Made by a program: the position numbers and the translations under genes. Positions 40,308 to 50,300 of a DNA stretch of 64,000 nucleotides are shown here, piece after piece (position 1 is the first letter of the stretch; the number at the start of each line of letters is the position of its first letter). The notes below the pieces were generated by a model. The model had not been told where the DNA came from, did not search any database, and saw only the letters and a list, made by a program, of their open reading frames with translations. Source of the stretch: Kiritimatiellia bacterium. GTDB taxonomy: Bacteria; Verrucomicrobiota; Kiritimatiellia; CAIVKH01. The stretch spans positions 19,334-83,333 of the forward strand of contig DAOLDL010000002.1 of assembly GCA_035327305.1 (NCBI GenBank), in the 5' to 3' direction.

Positions 40308-41170
40308 CGCGAAACTTTCTGGCGGGATTTGCTTATCTATTGCTGGCGCCGGTGATCGGCGCCGTATTGGCCGGCATTGACCGCCGCATCACGGCACGCA
40401 TGCAAGGTCGACGCGGTCCCCCCATCCTTCAGCCGATTTACGATTTATTCAAACTACTTCAGAAAGAGCCGATCGGTGTTCGTCGCACCGGACATTTTTT
40501 TGTATTTGGCCATCTGATTTTCATGATGGCGGCAGGATTTGAATTTTTCTTTGGCGGCGACTTGTTGATTGTGATTTTCGCGTTTGCGCTTTCCAGCGTA
40601 TTCCTCGTTTTGGGAGCCTATGCCGCCCATTCACCCTTCAGTCACATTGGCGCCGAACGTGAATTGCTCCAGATGATGGCGGCCGAACCGATTCTCCTGC
40701 TGACCGCCATGGGATTTTATCTCGCAAACGGAAGCTTCCGTGTGGAACAGATATCCACACATCCCGTTCCGGCACTGTATGTTCTACCCGGTATATTTGC
40801 CGCGCTCGCCTTTATTCTAACCATTAAACTTCGCAAATCACCATTTGACCTTGCCACGTCCCATCACGCTCATCAGGAAATCGTCAAAGGACTGACCACG
40901 GAATTTTCCGGCGTTTCCCTTGCACTGGTGGAAATTGCGCACTGGTATGAAACGATCATGCTGTTGGGTCTGTTTTACCTTTTTCTCGCACCCTATCCGG
41001 TCGCGGCCATCCTCCTCGTTGCGGTTGTTTACGGACTCGAAATCCTGCTGGATAATACCAGCGCCCGCATGAAATGGCAGTGGGCAATGAAAAGCTCCTG
41101 GACAACCGCCTCCATTCTCGGCGCCATCAACCTCATTGTGATTTATTACTGGCTGGGAGGACAGCCATGA
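40304..41170 (+). CDS. echB: Ech hydrogenase subunit B (NuoH/HycD-like membrane subunit)
   Basis: NuoH-like sequence. ATG 40304 overlaps the echA stop (ATGA). Confidence 0.8.
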   Translation: MTRNFLAGFAYLLLAPVIGAVLAGIDRRITARMQGRRGPPILQPIYDLFKLLQKEPIGVRRTGHFFVFGHLIFMMAAGFEFFFGGDLLIVIFAFALSSVFLVLGAYAAHSPFSHIGAERELLQMMAAEPILLLTAMGFYLANGSFRVEQISTHPVPALYVLPGIFAALAFILTIKLRKSPFDLATSHHAHQEIVKGLTTEFSGVSLALVEIAHWYETIMLLGLFYLFLAPYPVAAILLVAVVYGLEILLDNTSARMKWQWAMKSSWTTASILGAINLIVIYYWLGGQP

Positions 41171-41610
41171 GCTTTTTCACCAAATCGCCATGGATTGTCC
41201 ATTACGACGGCGCCAGTTGTAACGGTTGCGACATCGAAGTGCTGGCCTGCTTGACTCCCCGTTATGATGTGGAGCGATTCGGATGCATTAACACCGGCAA
41301 CCCCAAACATGCCGACATTTTGCTCATCACCGGCTATATCAATGAACAAAGTGAGCCGGTAGTCAGGGCCATCTACGAGCAGATGGCTGACCCCAAGGTC
41401 GTAGTCGCCATTGGTATTTGCGCAACAAGCGGTGGAATCTTCAAGGATTGCTACAACACCAAAGGTGGTGTGGATACGGTCATTCCGGTTGATGTCTATG
41501 TGCCCGGTTGCGCCGCACGCCCAGAATCCATCATCGATGGCGTGGTAAAAGGCATCGCCATACTCGACCAGAAGCGCAAAACACTTAAGGAGTCGCGCAA
41601 AGCATCATGA
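41167..41610 (+). CDS. echC: Ech hydrogenase small subunit (NuoB-like, [4Fe-4S])
   Basis: CNGCDIE...GICATSGG...PGC pattern. ATGA overlap with echB. Confidence 0.85.
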   Translation: MSFFTKSPWIVHYDGASCNGCDIEVLACLTPRYDVERFGCINTGNPKHADILLITGYINEQSEPVVRAIYEQMADPKVVVAIGICATSGGIFKDCYNTKGGVDTVIPVDVYVPGCAARPESIIDGVVKGIAILDQKRKTLKESRKAS

Positions 41611-41984
41611 TCCCCGAGCAAGTCATTCATGAAATTGATTCAACCGATCTGCTTGAACGCACGCAGATCATGAAGCGTGAAGGATGGCGACTGGTGCAGA
41701 TTTGCGCCACGACGCTGGACGCCTTTGAAATGAGCTACAGCTTTACCATCGACAACCGATTTGAGCATTTCCGGCTTAAAATCCCATTACAGCAACCGAT
41801 CCTGCCCAGCATTACCGAAATATACTTTGGCGCCTTTGCCTATGAGAATGAATTGCACGACCTTTTCGGCATTTCGTTCCAAGGACTCAAACTCGATTAC
41901 GCCGGCAACTTTTTCAAGACGTCGGTTAAAAAGCCGTTTGCCACCAGCATGTGCGTGATTAAAAAAGGAGAAGCCGGTGTCTGA
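41607..41984 (+). CDS. echD: Ech hydrogenase subunit D (NuoC-like 30 kDa subunit)
   Basis: NuoC-like 125 aa protein. 4-nt overlap with echC. Confidence 0.7.
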   Translation: MIPEQVIHEIDSTDLLERTQIMKREGWRLVQICATTLDAFEMSYSFTIDNRFEHFRLKIPLQQPILPSITEIYFGAFAYENELHDLFGISFQGLKLDYAGNFFKTSVKKPFATSMCVIKKGEAGV

Positions 41985-43056
41985 ACGAACGGTCATTCCA
42001 TTCGGGCCTCAACACCCTGTCCTGCCGGAGCCTATCCATATCGATCTGGTGGTGGAAGATGAGCATGTCAAAGAGGCCATCCCCTCCTTTGGCTTTATTC
42101 ATCGCGGACTTGAGAAGCTGGTTGAGAAAAAAGATTTCAACGAATTCACCTACGTTGCGGAGCGGGTGTGCGGCATCTGCAGTTACATTCATGGCATGGG
42201 GTATTGCCAAGCCGTGGAAAAAGTCATGAATGTCGAAATCCCGCCCCGTGCAAATTACCTCCGGGTATTTTGGGCGGAACTTTCCCGGGCGCACAGTCAT
42301 TTGATGTGGGCAGGTTTGCTGGCCGATGCGTTTGGTTTTGAGAACCTCTTCATGCAGTGCTGGCGGATTCGCGAAACGCTTCTCGATGTAATCGAGGAAA
42401 CCACCGGCGGTCGCGTCATTTTCGGATCCGCCAAAATCGGCGGTGTGCGCCGCGATGTCGATAATGAAACGTTGAAACGTTGCGCGGCCAAAGTCGCCTC
42501 TGCAGCGGTTGAGTTTGAGGAAATTAAAAAGGTTTTCCGCGACGACTATTCAGTAAAGTCGCGCTTGTGTGGGATCGGCATGCTTTCCCGCGATAATGCA
42601 TGGGAACTTGGCGCGGTCGGACCGACTCTTCGAGGCAGTGGCATTAGCACCGATACCCGGCTTGAAGGATATGCGGCCTACCGCGACTTATCCATAACCC
42701 CGATCGTGGAAACCGCTTGTGACAGCTATGCGCGTTGCATGGTGCGACTGCATGAAATCAGCCAATCCCTTGATCTCATTCAGGAAGTTGCGGCCCGCAC
42801 CCCCGAAGGTCCGGTTTTCGAAAAACCCAAGGGCTACCCCAATGGCGAATATTTTGCCCGATTGGAACAGCCTCGCGGTGAAGTCATTTATTATGTAAAA
42901 GGTAATGGAACGAAGAACTTGAGTCGGTTCCGGGTACGAACCCCGACGTTTGCCAATATTCCCGCCCTGCTTCACATGTTGCAAGGATGCGAACTGGCGG
43001 ATGTCGGCTTGATCGTGCTTACGATCGACCCATGTATCAGTTGTGCGGAGCGATGA
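41977..43056 (+). CDS. echE: [NiFe] hydrogenase large subunit, group 4 energy-converting type (EchE/NuoD-like)
   Basis: L1 motif RVCGICSYIH and C-terminal L2 motif DPCISCAER are both intact, so Ni-Fe ligands are present. 359 aa like EchE. Confidence 0.85.
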   Translation: MSERTVIPFGPQHPVLPEPIHIDLVVEDEHVKEAIPSFGFIHRGLEKLVEKKDFNEFTYVAERVCGICSYIHGMGYCQAVEKVMNVEIPPRANYLRVFWAELSRAHSHLMWAGLLADAFGFENLFMQCWRIRETLLDVIEETTGGRVIFGSAKIGGVRRDVDNETLKRCAAKVASAAVEFEEIKKVFRDDYSVKSRLCGIGMLSRDNAWELGAVGPTLRGSGISTDTRLEGYAAYRDLSITPIVETACDSYARCMVRLHEISQSLDLIQEVAARTPEGPVFEKPKGYPNGEYFARLEQPRGEVIYYVKGNGTKNLSRFRVRTPTFANIPALLHMLQGCELADVGLIVLTIDPCISCAER

Positions 43057-43057
43057 A

Positions 43058-43465
43058 ATGAAACCTCTCGCCATGACCAAACTTTCGTTGCGGAACCTGT
43101 TCAAAGAACCGGTGACGGTGGCCTATCCGGTTATACCGCGGGAATACTTCCCCGGTACCCGGGGTCGCATACTTATAGAGCCATCCACATGCAATCTTTG
43201 CGTTATCTGCGATGTTCGATGTCCGACAAAGGCAATCAAAGTCGATCGTAAAGGTCAAACCTGGACCATTGATCGCCTGTCCTGCATTCAATGCGGTGCT
43301 TGCGTCGAGGCATGTCCAAGGAAATGCCTGACCACCGGCAATCAATATTCCGAACCCATGACCGAAAAGTCTGTCCTTGTAGTCCCGATTCCGTTTGTTC
43401 CGCCGCCGCCCAAACCAAAACCGCCCGCAAAGGATGCAAGCGATGCAAAAGACAGTCCCGTATAG
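43058..43465 (+). CDS. echF: Ech hydrogenase subunit F (NuoI-like 2x[4Fe-4S] ferredoxin)
   Basis: Two CxxCxxCxxxCP motifs (CNLCVICDVRCP, CIQCGACVEACP) and a Pro/Lys-rich C-terminal tail. Start at ATG 43058. Confidence 0.8.
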   Translation: MKPLAMTKLSLRNLFKEPVTVAYPVIPREYFPGTRGRILIEPSTCNLCVICDVRCPTKAIKVDRKGQTWTIDRLSCIQCGACVEACPRKCLTTGNQYSEPMTEKSVLVVPIPFVPPPPKPKPPAKDASDAKDSPV

Positions 43466-43466
43466 C

Positions 43467-43958
43467 ATGGCCATTGAAAGCCGATATCCGGAGCAGATTG
43501 CCGTCTGTATTGCCCGTGATTCCTCCGGACGTTACAACCCCATGACGATTGGATGGTTCATGCCGGTTTCCATGAAGCCGCCACTGATTGCCGTGGCAAT
43601 CGGTAATTCCCGTCACACGAATGCAGTGATCAAGCACGCTGGTGAATTTGTTTTATCCTTTCTATCCGAGGACCAGGCTAATCTGGCCCGCTACTTCGGC
43701 ACAAAATCCGGTCGTGATACCGACAAGTTCGGCACTATTCGTTGTGAAACCGTTCCGGCGGATAAAATTGACAACCGGTTGATTCGTGATGCCGTGGCGA
43801 ATTTTGAATGCGTGGTCAAACAAACGGTGGAAACGGGTGATCACACCATATTTATCGGTGAAATCGTTTGTGCCCATGTCACGGATAATCCGGTCAATCG
43901 TATGTTCACCCTGGTCAAAGCGGAACACTTGAATGGTGTGCGACAAAAATCCGTATAA
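43467..43958 (+). CDS. Flavin reductase-like domain protein (FMN-binding split-barrel, PF01613-like)
   Basis: 163 aa with flavin-reductase-like pattern (ESRYPEQIAVCIARDSSGRYNPMTIGWFMPVSMKPPLIAVAIG...). It begins 1 nt after the echF stop and ends 11 nt before hoxE. Confidence 0.65.
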   Translation: MAIESRYPEQIAVCIARDSSGRYNPMTIGWFMPVSMKPPLIAVAIGNSRHTNAVIKHAGEFVLSFLSEDQANLARYFGTKSGRDTDKFGTIRCETVPADKIDNRLIRDAVANFECVVKQTVETGDHTIFIGEIVCAHVTDNPVNRMFTLVKAEHLNGVRQKSV

Positions 43959-43969
43959 CGGAGGAAAAC

Positions 43970-44461
43970 ATGAATGCCGTTGAAACTAATGTTATCGGCG
44001 ATGAAAAAAGGTGGCGCCTTGTCGAGGCGGTCATGCGACGTTGCGGCTACTGCGGCGATGCCTTGATTGAAACCTTGCATGCCGTACAGGAGACCTATGG
44101 CTTTATCGACGAATCATCTATGCGTCGCGTGGCGGATTCATTGAAACTACCGTTAAGCAAGGTTTACGGTGTCGCAACATTCTACCACTTCTTCCACCTT
44201 AAACCGAAGGGTCGCCATACTTGCGTGGTCTGTATGGGAACTGCCTGTTACATCAAAGGCGCCGATGCCATCATGCAAAAAATTGATGACGCATTTGGCG
44301 TGAAGGCTGGTGAGACCACGCCGGATGACCACTTGTCGGTCATGACGGCGCGCTGTGTTGGTTCCTGTGGATTAGCCCCTGCCGTGGTGGTGGATCAACA
44401 GGTATTAGGGCATATCAAACCGGATCAAGTCGTCAATCACATCAAGGAGCTGGAATCATGA
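43970..44461 (+). CDS. hoxE: NAD(P)-linked hydrogenase diaphorase subunit HoxE (NuoE-like, [2Fe-2S])
   Basis: NuoE/thioredoxin-like 2Fe-2S pattern CGYCGDA...CMGTACYIKGA...CVGSCGLAP. Confidence 0.85.
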   Translation: MNAVETNVIGDEKRWRLVEAVMRRCGYCGDALIETLHAVQETYGFIDESSMRRVADSLKLPLSKVYGVATFYHFFHLKPKGRHTCVVCMGTACYIKGADAIMQKIDDAFGVKAGETTPDDHLSVMTARCVGSCGLAPAVVVDQQVLGHIKPDQVVNHIKELES

Positions 44462-46071
44462 CCCCCGAAGCCCTCCAGCAAGTAGCCAAAGCCGAGCAGG
44501 ACGCCATCACCAAACAACCGCAACGCATCGGTGTTTGCACTGCCGCCGGCTGTCTTTCATGCAAAAGCGGAGAAGTCCTAAAAACACTTCAAACCGCACT
44601 CGAACGCCGGGCCGACGTACCCTACAAAGCGGTGGGGGTCGGATGCATGGGGCTTTGCGCGCATGGACCGCTGGTGTCGGTCGAACCCGATGGTTTACTT
44701 TACCAGGACGTCGGCAAGGACGATATTCCAGCTTTGGTGGATTCTCTGGCCACGACACCGGTCATGGAAAAGCAATGCGATCTCAAAGCGCCATTTTTCA
44801 GCCGACAAGTCAAGGTGGTACTGGATAAGTTCGAGAAAATCCAGCCCGAACGCATCGAGTCCTATCTGGCCAACGGCGGTTACGAAGCTTTGATGCAATG
44901 CGTAACCAACCGATCACCGGAGCACATACTGGACGAAGTAAAACGAAGCGGCCTTCGTGGTCGCGGCGGCGGAGGATATCCCACCGGATTAAAGTGGGAA
45001 ACCGTAGCCAAGGCGCACGGCGCCAGGAAATTCGTGATCTGTAATGCTGATGAAGGCGACCCCGGCGCTTTCATGGACCGCAGTGTATTGGAGTGCGCGC
45101 CGCATCGGATTCTGGAAGGAATGGCCATCGCCGCATATGCGGTTGGCGCAACCGCAGGTTACCTTTATGTGCGCGCGGAATACCCGCTTGCCGTGCAACG
45201 ACTAAAGCTGGCTATTCGCCAGGCGGAAAAATTCGGACTTTTGGGCGATCACATTTGTGGAAGTTCATTCAGCTTTAAAGTGGAAATTCGGCTTGGCGCC
45301 GGGGCCTTTGTATGCGGAGAAGAAACCGCGTTGATCGCATCGATTGAGGGACGGCGAGGTCAACCGCGACCGCGCCCGCCCTTCCCTGCTGAAAAAGGTT
45401 TATGGGGCAATCCGACATTGATCAATAACGTGGAAACATTTGCGAATGTCCCGGCTATTCTCGTAAAGGGAGCGGATTGGTTTGCGGCAATGGGTACGGA
45501 ACAAAGCAAAGGAACCAAGGTTTTCGCTTTAGCCGGAAAAATCAACAATACCGGCTTGATCGAAGTTCCCATGGGCATCAGCTTAAGAGAAATCGTGGAG
45601 GAAATGGGCGGAGGCGCTCCAGATGGACACACCATCAAGGCCGTACAAACCGGAGGTCCATCCGGCGGCTGTATTCCCTCGGATCGGTTTGATATTTCCG
45701 TGGACTACGAGTCGCTGAAGAAAATGGGATCCATCATGGGTTCCGGAGGCATGATCGTGATGGATGAAACATCGAGCATGGTCGATGTCGCTCGCTTTTT
45801 CATGGAGTTCTGCAAGTCGGAGTCATGTGGCAAGTGCGTACCATGCCGGGTGGGAACATCACAATTGTACGACCTACTGGAACGGGTCCGCAAAAAACGC
45901 GCATCGCACCGGGATCTGGAGCGGATCGAACAACTATGCGAAATGGTGCGTACCACGAGTCTATGCGGACTCGGGCAAACCGCGCCAAATCCACTGTTGA
46001 GCACCTTGAAATTCTTCCGTCACGAATACGAAGAACTTCTGGTGGATCAACATGGGGAGGCCGTGTCATGA
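44458..46071 (+). CDS. hoxF: NAD(P)-linked hydrogenase diaphorase subunit HoxF (NuoF-like, FMN/NAD(P)H-binding, Fe-S)
   Basis: [15 protein letters not shown]-binding glycine-rich region, 4Fe-4[11 protein letters not shown], and an N-terminal Trx-like 2Fe-2S domain. 4-nt overlaps on both sides. Confidence 0.9.
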   Translation: MTPEALQQVAKAEQDAITKQPQRIGVCTAAGCLSCKSGEVLKTLQTALERRADVPYKAVGVGCMGLCAHGPLVSVEPDGLLYQDVGKDDIPALVDSLATTPVMEKQCDLKAPFFSRQVKVVLDKFEKIQPERIESYLANGGYEALMQCVTNRSPEHILDEVKRSGLRGRGGGGYPTGLKWETVAKAHGARKFVICNADEGDPGAFMDRSVLECAPHRILEGMAIAAYAVGATAGYLYVRAEYPLAVQRLKLAIRQAEKFGLLGDHICGSSFSFKVEIRLGAGAFVCGEETALIASIEGRRGQPRPRPPFPAEKGLWGNPTLINNVETFANVPAILVKGADWFAAMGTEQSKGTKVFALAGKINNTGLIEVPMGISLREIVEEMGGGAPDGHTIKAVQTGGPSGGCIPSDRFDISVDYESLKKMGSIMGSGGMIVMDETSSMVDVARFFMEFCKSESCGKCVPCRVGTSQLYDLLERVRKKRASHRDLERIEQLCEMVRTTSLCGLGQTAPNPLLSTLKFFRHEYEELLVDQHGEAVS

Positions 46072-46790
46072 CCACAACCAGCGCAAAAGTCATCACACTG
46101 ACCATTGACGGACGCGAAGTAGGAGCGCGCGAAGATCAGACGATTCTGACCATTGCGCGTGAAAACAAAATACACATTCCGACACTTTGCTTTCTCGAAG
46201 GCTTGTCACCTGCGGGAGCTTGCCGTCTTTGTCTGGTGGAAATTGTCGGAACCAACCGGATTCTCCCCGCGTGCACGACCTATGCCACGGATGGGATGGT
46301 GGTACGGACTACATCCGAGTCACTGGAACAACACCGTCGCACGGTCATTGAACTGCTGTTTGCCGAGGGAAATCATGTTTGTGCCGTTTGTGTTTCCAAC
46401 GGAAATTGTGAATTGCAGGATCTCGCCACGGAATTGGGCGTGGACCACATCACCCTGCCCTACCTCAACCCGAAACGTCCGGTTGATGCCAGCCATCCAC
46501 GATTCACGCTGGACCACAACCGTTGCGTATTGTGCGCACGTTGTGTGCGGGTATGCGATGAAATAGAAGGCGCACATACCTGGGATATCATGGGGCGAGG
46601 CGTTGATGCCCGCATCATTGCCGACCTTAATCAGCCTTGGGGCGAGGCGGTTTCCTGCACAAGTTGCGGTAAATGCGTACACGTTTGCCCCACCGGAGCC
46701 TTGGTCGAAAAAGGAAAAGCCGTGGCGGAAATGAAAAAACGTCACGCCATTCCAAAACTAATCACACGCAACAAGGAGCCTGCATCATGA
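46068..46790 (+). CDS. hoxU: NAD(P)-linked hydrogenase diaphorase subunit HoxU (NuoG N-terminal-like, 2Fe-2S plus 4Fe-4S)
   Basis: 240 aa. Cys clusters [48 protein letters not shown] overlap with hoxF. Confidence 0.85.
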   Translation: MTTTSAKVITLTIDGREVGAREDQTILTIARENKIHIPTLCFLEGLSPAGACRLCLVEIVGTNRILPACTTYATDGMVVRTTSESLEQHRRTVIELLFAEGNHVCAVCVSNGNCELQDLATELGVDHITLPYLNPKRPVDASHPRFTLDHNRCVLCARCVRVCDEIEGAHTWDIMGRGVDARIIADLNQPWGEAVSCTSCGKCVHVCPTGALVEKGKAVAEMKKRHAIPKLITRNKEPAS

Positions 46791-47293
46791 GCAGAATTCG
46801 CTTTGCCACAGTTTGGCTTGATGGCTGTTCCGGTTGTCACATGTCGTTTCTGGACATGGACATGATCCTGCTCGACCTCGCGGAAAAAATTGACCTCGTT
46901 TACAGTCCGCTGGTGGATTTCAAGATATTCCCGGAGAATGTGGATGTAACCGTGGTTGAAGGCGCCGTGAGCAGTGTGGAGGATGAGGAGAAAATTAAAC
47001 ATATCCGGAGCCGGACCAAGACATTGATTGCCCTGGGCGATTGCGCGGTGACCAGCAATGTTCCGGGGATGCGCAATGTCTTCAGCGTGGATGACATCAT
47101 GGAATATGTTTATGGCGATGAGCCGCCGGTGAAAGTCATTCCACCACTCCTTGAAAAAAGCGTGCCGGTGCATCATGTTGTGCCGGTCGATGTTTTCATA
47201 ACCGGATGTCCGCCATCCGCCGACACCATCGTCAAGGCGCTTCTGGCTGTGCTGGAAGGCAAGCCCAATCCCGTTCCACCCCGATTTGGATGA
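46787..47293 (+). CDS. hoxY: [NiFe] hydrogenase small subunit, group 3 (HoxY)
   Basis: Proximal cluster motif [15 protein letters not shown] and ITGCPPS. SD ACAAGGAG; ATGA overlap with hoxU. Confidence 0.85.
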   Translation: MSRIRFATVWLDGCSGCHMSFLDMDMILLDLAEKIDLVYSPLVDFKIFPENVDVTVVEGAVSSVEDEEKIKHIRSRTKTLIALGDCAVTSNVPGMRNVFSVDDIMEYVYGDEPPVKVIPPLLEKSVPVHHVVPVDVFITGCPPSADTIVKALLAVLEGKPNPVPPRFG

Positions 47294-47299
47294 CAAACC

Positions 47300-48724
47300 A
47301 TGAGTCGAACCATACTGATAGATCCGGTAACTCGTATTGAGGGGCACTCCAAGATCACCATATCACTGGATGATCAAGGCGTCGTAACGAACGCCCGCTT
47401 TCATGTAACGCAATTCCGGGGTTTTGAGGCGTTCTGCGTCGGAAGACCGTTCGAGGAAATGCCGGCATTGACTGCGCGCACCTGTGGCATTTGCCCGGTC
47501 AGCCACCTGATGGCATCGGCCAAAGCCGGCGACATGTTGCTGGCGGTGGATATTCCACCAGCGGCAAAACTATTGCGCCGGGTCCTTAACACCGCACAGA
47601 TCATTCAATCCCACGCCTTGAGTTTCTTTTATTTGTCATCACCTGACTTGGTTCTTGGCATGGACGCGGATCCGTCCGAGCGCCACATCCTTGGACTTGC
47701 CGCCAAGCATGAACAAGTGGCGAGAAACGGAATCACCTTGCGACAGTTTGGACAACAGATCATCGAAGATCTTGCCGGAAAACGAATTCATCCGGCGTGG
47801 GTGGTACCGGGCGGCGTCAGCCGTCCCTTAACCGAAGATCAACGTGTTCGGGTATTGGAAAAGCTTCCTGCCATGCTTGATATTGCACGACAGACCCTGG
47901 ATTCCTATCAGGATTGGGCGGTTAAGTTTGCTGACGAAATCAAATACCTCGGCCAGCATCCCAGTCTTTACATGGGATTGGTGACAAGCGATGGCGGGCT
48001 GGAGCATTACGACGGACAACTCCGGATGATCGATGAAAACGGCAACGAACTGGAAGCCGCCATTCCCACATTACATTACGGCGAATTTCTGGAGGAACAC
48101 GTTGAACCCGACTCCTACCTGAAGTCGCCCTATTACAAACCGAAGGGATACCCCGGCGGCATGTATCGGGTGGGTCCATTGGCCCGCATGAACTTAACGA
48201 CTCATGCCGGCACACCGATCGCGGATGAAGCATATTCTGCGTTTCGCGAAATCAATCGTAACGGACCGGTGGACAGTACATTTCATTATCATCATGCGCG
48301 GTTAATCGAAATTATTTTCGGTCTGGAAAAAATAGCCGAGTGGTTTAGCGATCCGGTGTGTATGGACAGACGGGTCCGGGCCATTGCCGCCCCGAACAAC
48401 CGGATTGGCGTGGGAATATCCGAAGCGCCACGAGGCACCCTCCTCCACCACTACGAAATTGATGACCACGGTCTGATCACCAAAGTGAATATGATCATCG
48501 CCACCGGACACAACAATCTGGCCATGAATGCGGGAATTCTGCAGGCGGCCAAGCAATTTGTGAAAGGCAACAAAATTCCTGAAGGCGCCTTGAATCGTGT
48601 TGAAGCGGTTATTCGCTGTTTTGATCCCTGCTTAAGTTGTTCGACCCATGCATATGGCCAGATGCCGATCAAGATCGAGCTACGCGCATCGGACGGCCGC
48701 CTCCTTGATGTGGCTTCAAGATAG
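47300..48724 (+). CDS. hoxH: [NiFe] hydrogenase large subunit, group 3 bidirectional type (HoxH)
   Basis: RIEGH N-terminus, L1 motif [11 protein letters not shown]2 motif DPCLSCSTH, followed by a C-terminal extension of the kind removed by a maturation protease. Confidence 0.9.
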   Translation: MSRTILIDPVTRIEGHSKITISLDDQGVVTNARFHVTQFRGFEAFCVGRPFEEMPALTARTCGICPVSHLMASAKAGDMLLAVDIPPAAKLLRRVLNTAQIIQSHALSFFYLSSPDLVLGMDADPSERHILGLAAKHEQVARNGITLRQFGQQIIEDLAGKRIHPAWVVPGGVSRPLTEDQRVRVLEKLPAMLDIARQTLDSYQDWAVKFADEIKYLGQHPSLYMGLVTSDGGLEHYDGQLRMIDENGNELEAAIPTLHYGEFLEEHVEPDSYLKSPYYKPKGYPGGMYRVGPLARMNLTTHAGTPIADEAYSAFREINRNGPVDSTFHYHHARLIEIIFGLEKIAEWFSDPVCMDRRVRAIAAPNNRIGVGISEAPRGTLLHHYEIDDHGLITKVNMIIATGHNNLAMNAGILQAAKQFVKGNKIPEGALNRVEAVIRCFDPCLSCSTHAYGQMPIKIELRASDGRLLDVASR

Positions 48725-48749
48725 TTCTGCAGAGATCAGAATTCTTAAA

Positions 48750-48830
48750 CCGCAAACCTGCGTCCTTGTCACAAGATTGCCAGGGAATCCCACAGCTTTC
48801 CCATTTGCGGCTTTCTGTTTTTCTGCTTAA
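48750..48830 (+). terminator. Putative structured terminator region after hoxH
   Basis: CCGCAAA(48750-56)...TTTGCGG(48804-10) encloses nested hairpins and is followed by CTTTCTGTTTTTCTGCTT. Weak, non-canonical. Confidence 0.3.
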
Positions 48831-48840
48831 ATGCCATATT

Positions 48841-49236
48841 ATGACAACGCGTGGCGCCAAAGCACAATTACGACAGCGATTGTACCTCGCCGCTCATCAG
48901 GAAGTTAAAAACATCATATCCAGGTTGCCGGATCCGGTACGCAATCACGCTCAAGCCGTCCCGGTAATTTTTGAAATGACCCCATCGGCAAAGGATGCAA
49001 AAAGTGGAATTGAATCAGACACCCTTGGATTGTTCACCGGCATGCCTATTTCCGAACAGTTAAATTCCTTAAGTGTGGAACCGACTCAAATCATATTATA
49101 TATGGAAAACATCTGGGATTACGTCCGGCATGATGCAACCGACTACCGCGAAGAAATTTGCCGGACATACCTTCATGAGTTGGGTCATTATCTGGGATTG
49201 GAAGAACACGAACTCGAAGAACGCAACCTCGATTGA
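48841..49236 (+). CDS. Zincin-like metallopeptidase-fold protein (DUF1025-like, HExxH)
   Basis: 131 aa ending in the ...YLHELGHYLGLEEHELEERNLD pattern typical of the small bacterial zincin-like family. Confidence 0.6.
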   Translation: MTTRGAKAQLRQRLYLAAHQEVKNIISRLPDPVRNHAQAVPVIFEMTPSAKDAKSGIESDTLGLFTGMPISEQLNSLSVEPTQIILYMENIWDYVRHDATDYREEICRTYLHELGHYLGLEEHELEERNLD

Positions 49237-49262
49237 TGAATCCACCATCTCCTGCATCGCAT

Positions 49263-50300
49263 ATGCTCTTTGTCTGTCGCCCGGAATTCAGTTCGTCACT
49301 TGTCGACGAAATCGAAGCACACGGGATTAATCGTGCCGCTATCCGGATCGATTGCCCGGGCATTGTCATTGTGAACGACCACAAGACAACCTCCTTGCCG
49401 ACATTGATTTTTGAACGCATGCGCACGCCGGGTCCGAAACTAATTCCATTAGGCAAACTCAAACCTGTGACACCGGATACCGCCATGGAATTGTTCGGAA
49501 ATATCGTCATGGATACACCATTGTGGGCGCCCCGGCTATTGACCCTGGAATGGGATGATGCGGATGAAGCGGTGCGGCACCGACTTGAAGGCGTGTGGAA
49601 TGCATTGTTACGAGAAGGACGAAAAATTGCTCCGGACATTGAAAAACGTCAGCGAGCATTGCAAAGGCTTAAACCGGGTGGCTCTTTGATAAATCTGATT
49701 TTGAGTCCGCAAGGACTTTGGCACTCAAGAGACATTGTGCAGGACGCAAACATCTTCGAGATTCGCCGGTCCCATCGCATGAAATTTGACCCGCTTGCTC
49801 CATCCCGCTCTTATTTAAAAATGGAGGAAGCGATTGACCGGCTTCAGCGAACACCCGGTGCGGGCGAGAAAGTCATTGATCTGGGGGCGGCACCCGGTGG
49901 ATGGACGTATTCTTTTATCAGGCGGGGCTGTGACGTGATTGCCGTCGATCATGGACCGATGAAACTTCCGCCACATCAAACCGGTTGGGGAAACATGACA
50001 CATATCAAAGAAAACGGCATCACTTTCAATGCTCCACCGGATTGGCCAACGGTTGACTGGTTGGTTGCCGACATGTTGATTGCCCCTGGCATTGCACAAG
50101 GTTTGTTGCGGCGTTGGATGGAATCCGGGAACGCAAGAACGATTGTCTGCAATATAAAACTTCCGCAAGAACAACCCTACATTGCGTTAAAACCCATTCT
50201 TGAGATGTTGCAACAACTGACAGGTTACCGTTCGAGCGTTAAACAGCTGTATCATGATCGACGGGAAGTTACAGTAATGGCCGAACGGGTCGTTCCGTGA
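49263..50300 (+). CDS. rlmM: 23S rRNA 2'-O-ribose C2498 methyltransferase RlmM
   Basis: MLFVCRPEF N-terminus as in E. coli RlmM (MNKVVLLCRPGFE), FtsJ motif DLGAAPGGWT, and a C-terminal ...QLYHDRREVTV matching RlmM LYHDREEVTV. Confidence 0.85.
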   Translation: MLFVCRPEFSSSLVDEIEAHGINRAAIRIDCPGIVIVNDHKTTSLPTLIFERMRTPGPKLIPLGKLKPVTPDTAMELFGNIVMDTPLWAPRLLTLEWDDADEAVRHRLEGVWNALLREGRKIAPDIEKRQRALQRLKPGGSLINLILSPQGLWHSRDIVQDANIFEIRRSHRMKFDPLAPSRSYLKMEEAIDRLQRTPGAGEKVIDLGAAPGGWTYSFIRRGCDVIAVDHGPMKLPPHQTGWGNMTHIKENGITFNAPPDWPTVDWLVADMLIAPGIAQGLLRRWMESGNARTIVCNIKLPQEQPYIALKPILEMLQQLTGYRSSVKQLYHDRREVTVMAERVVP

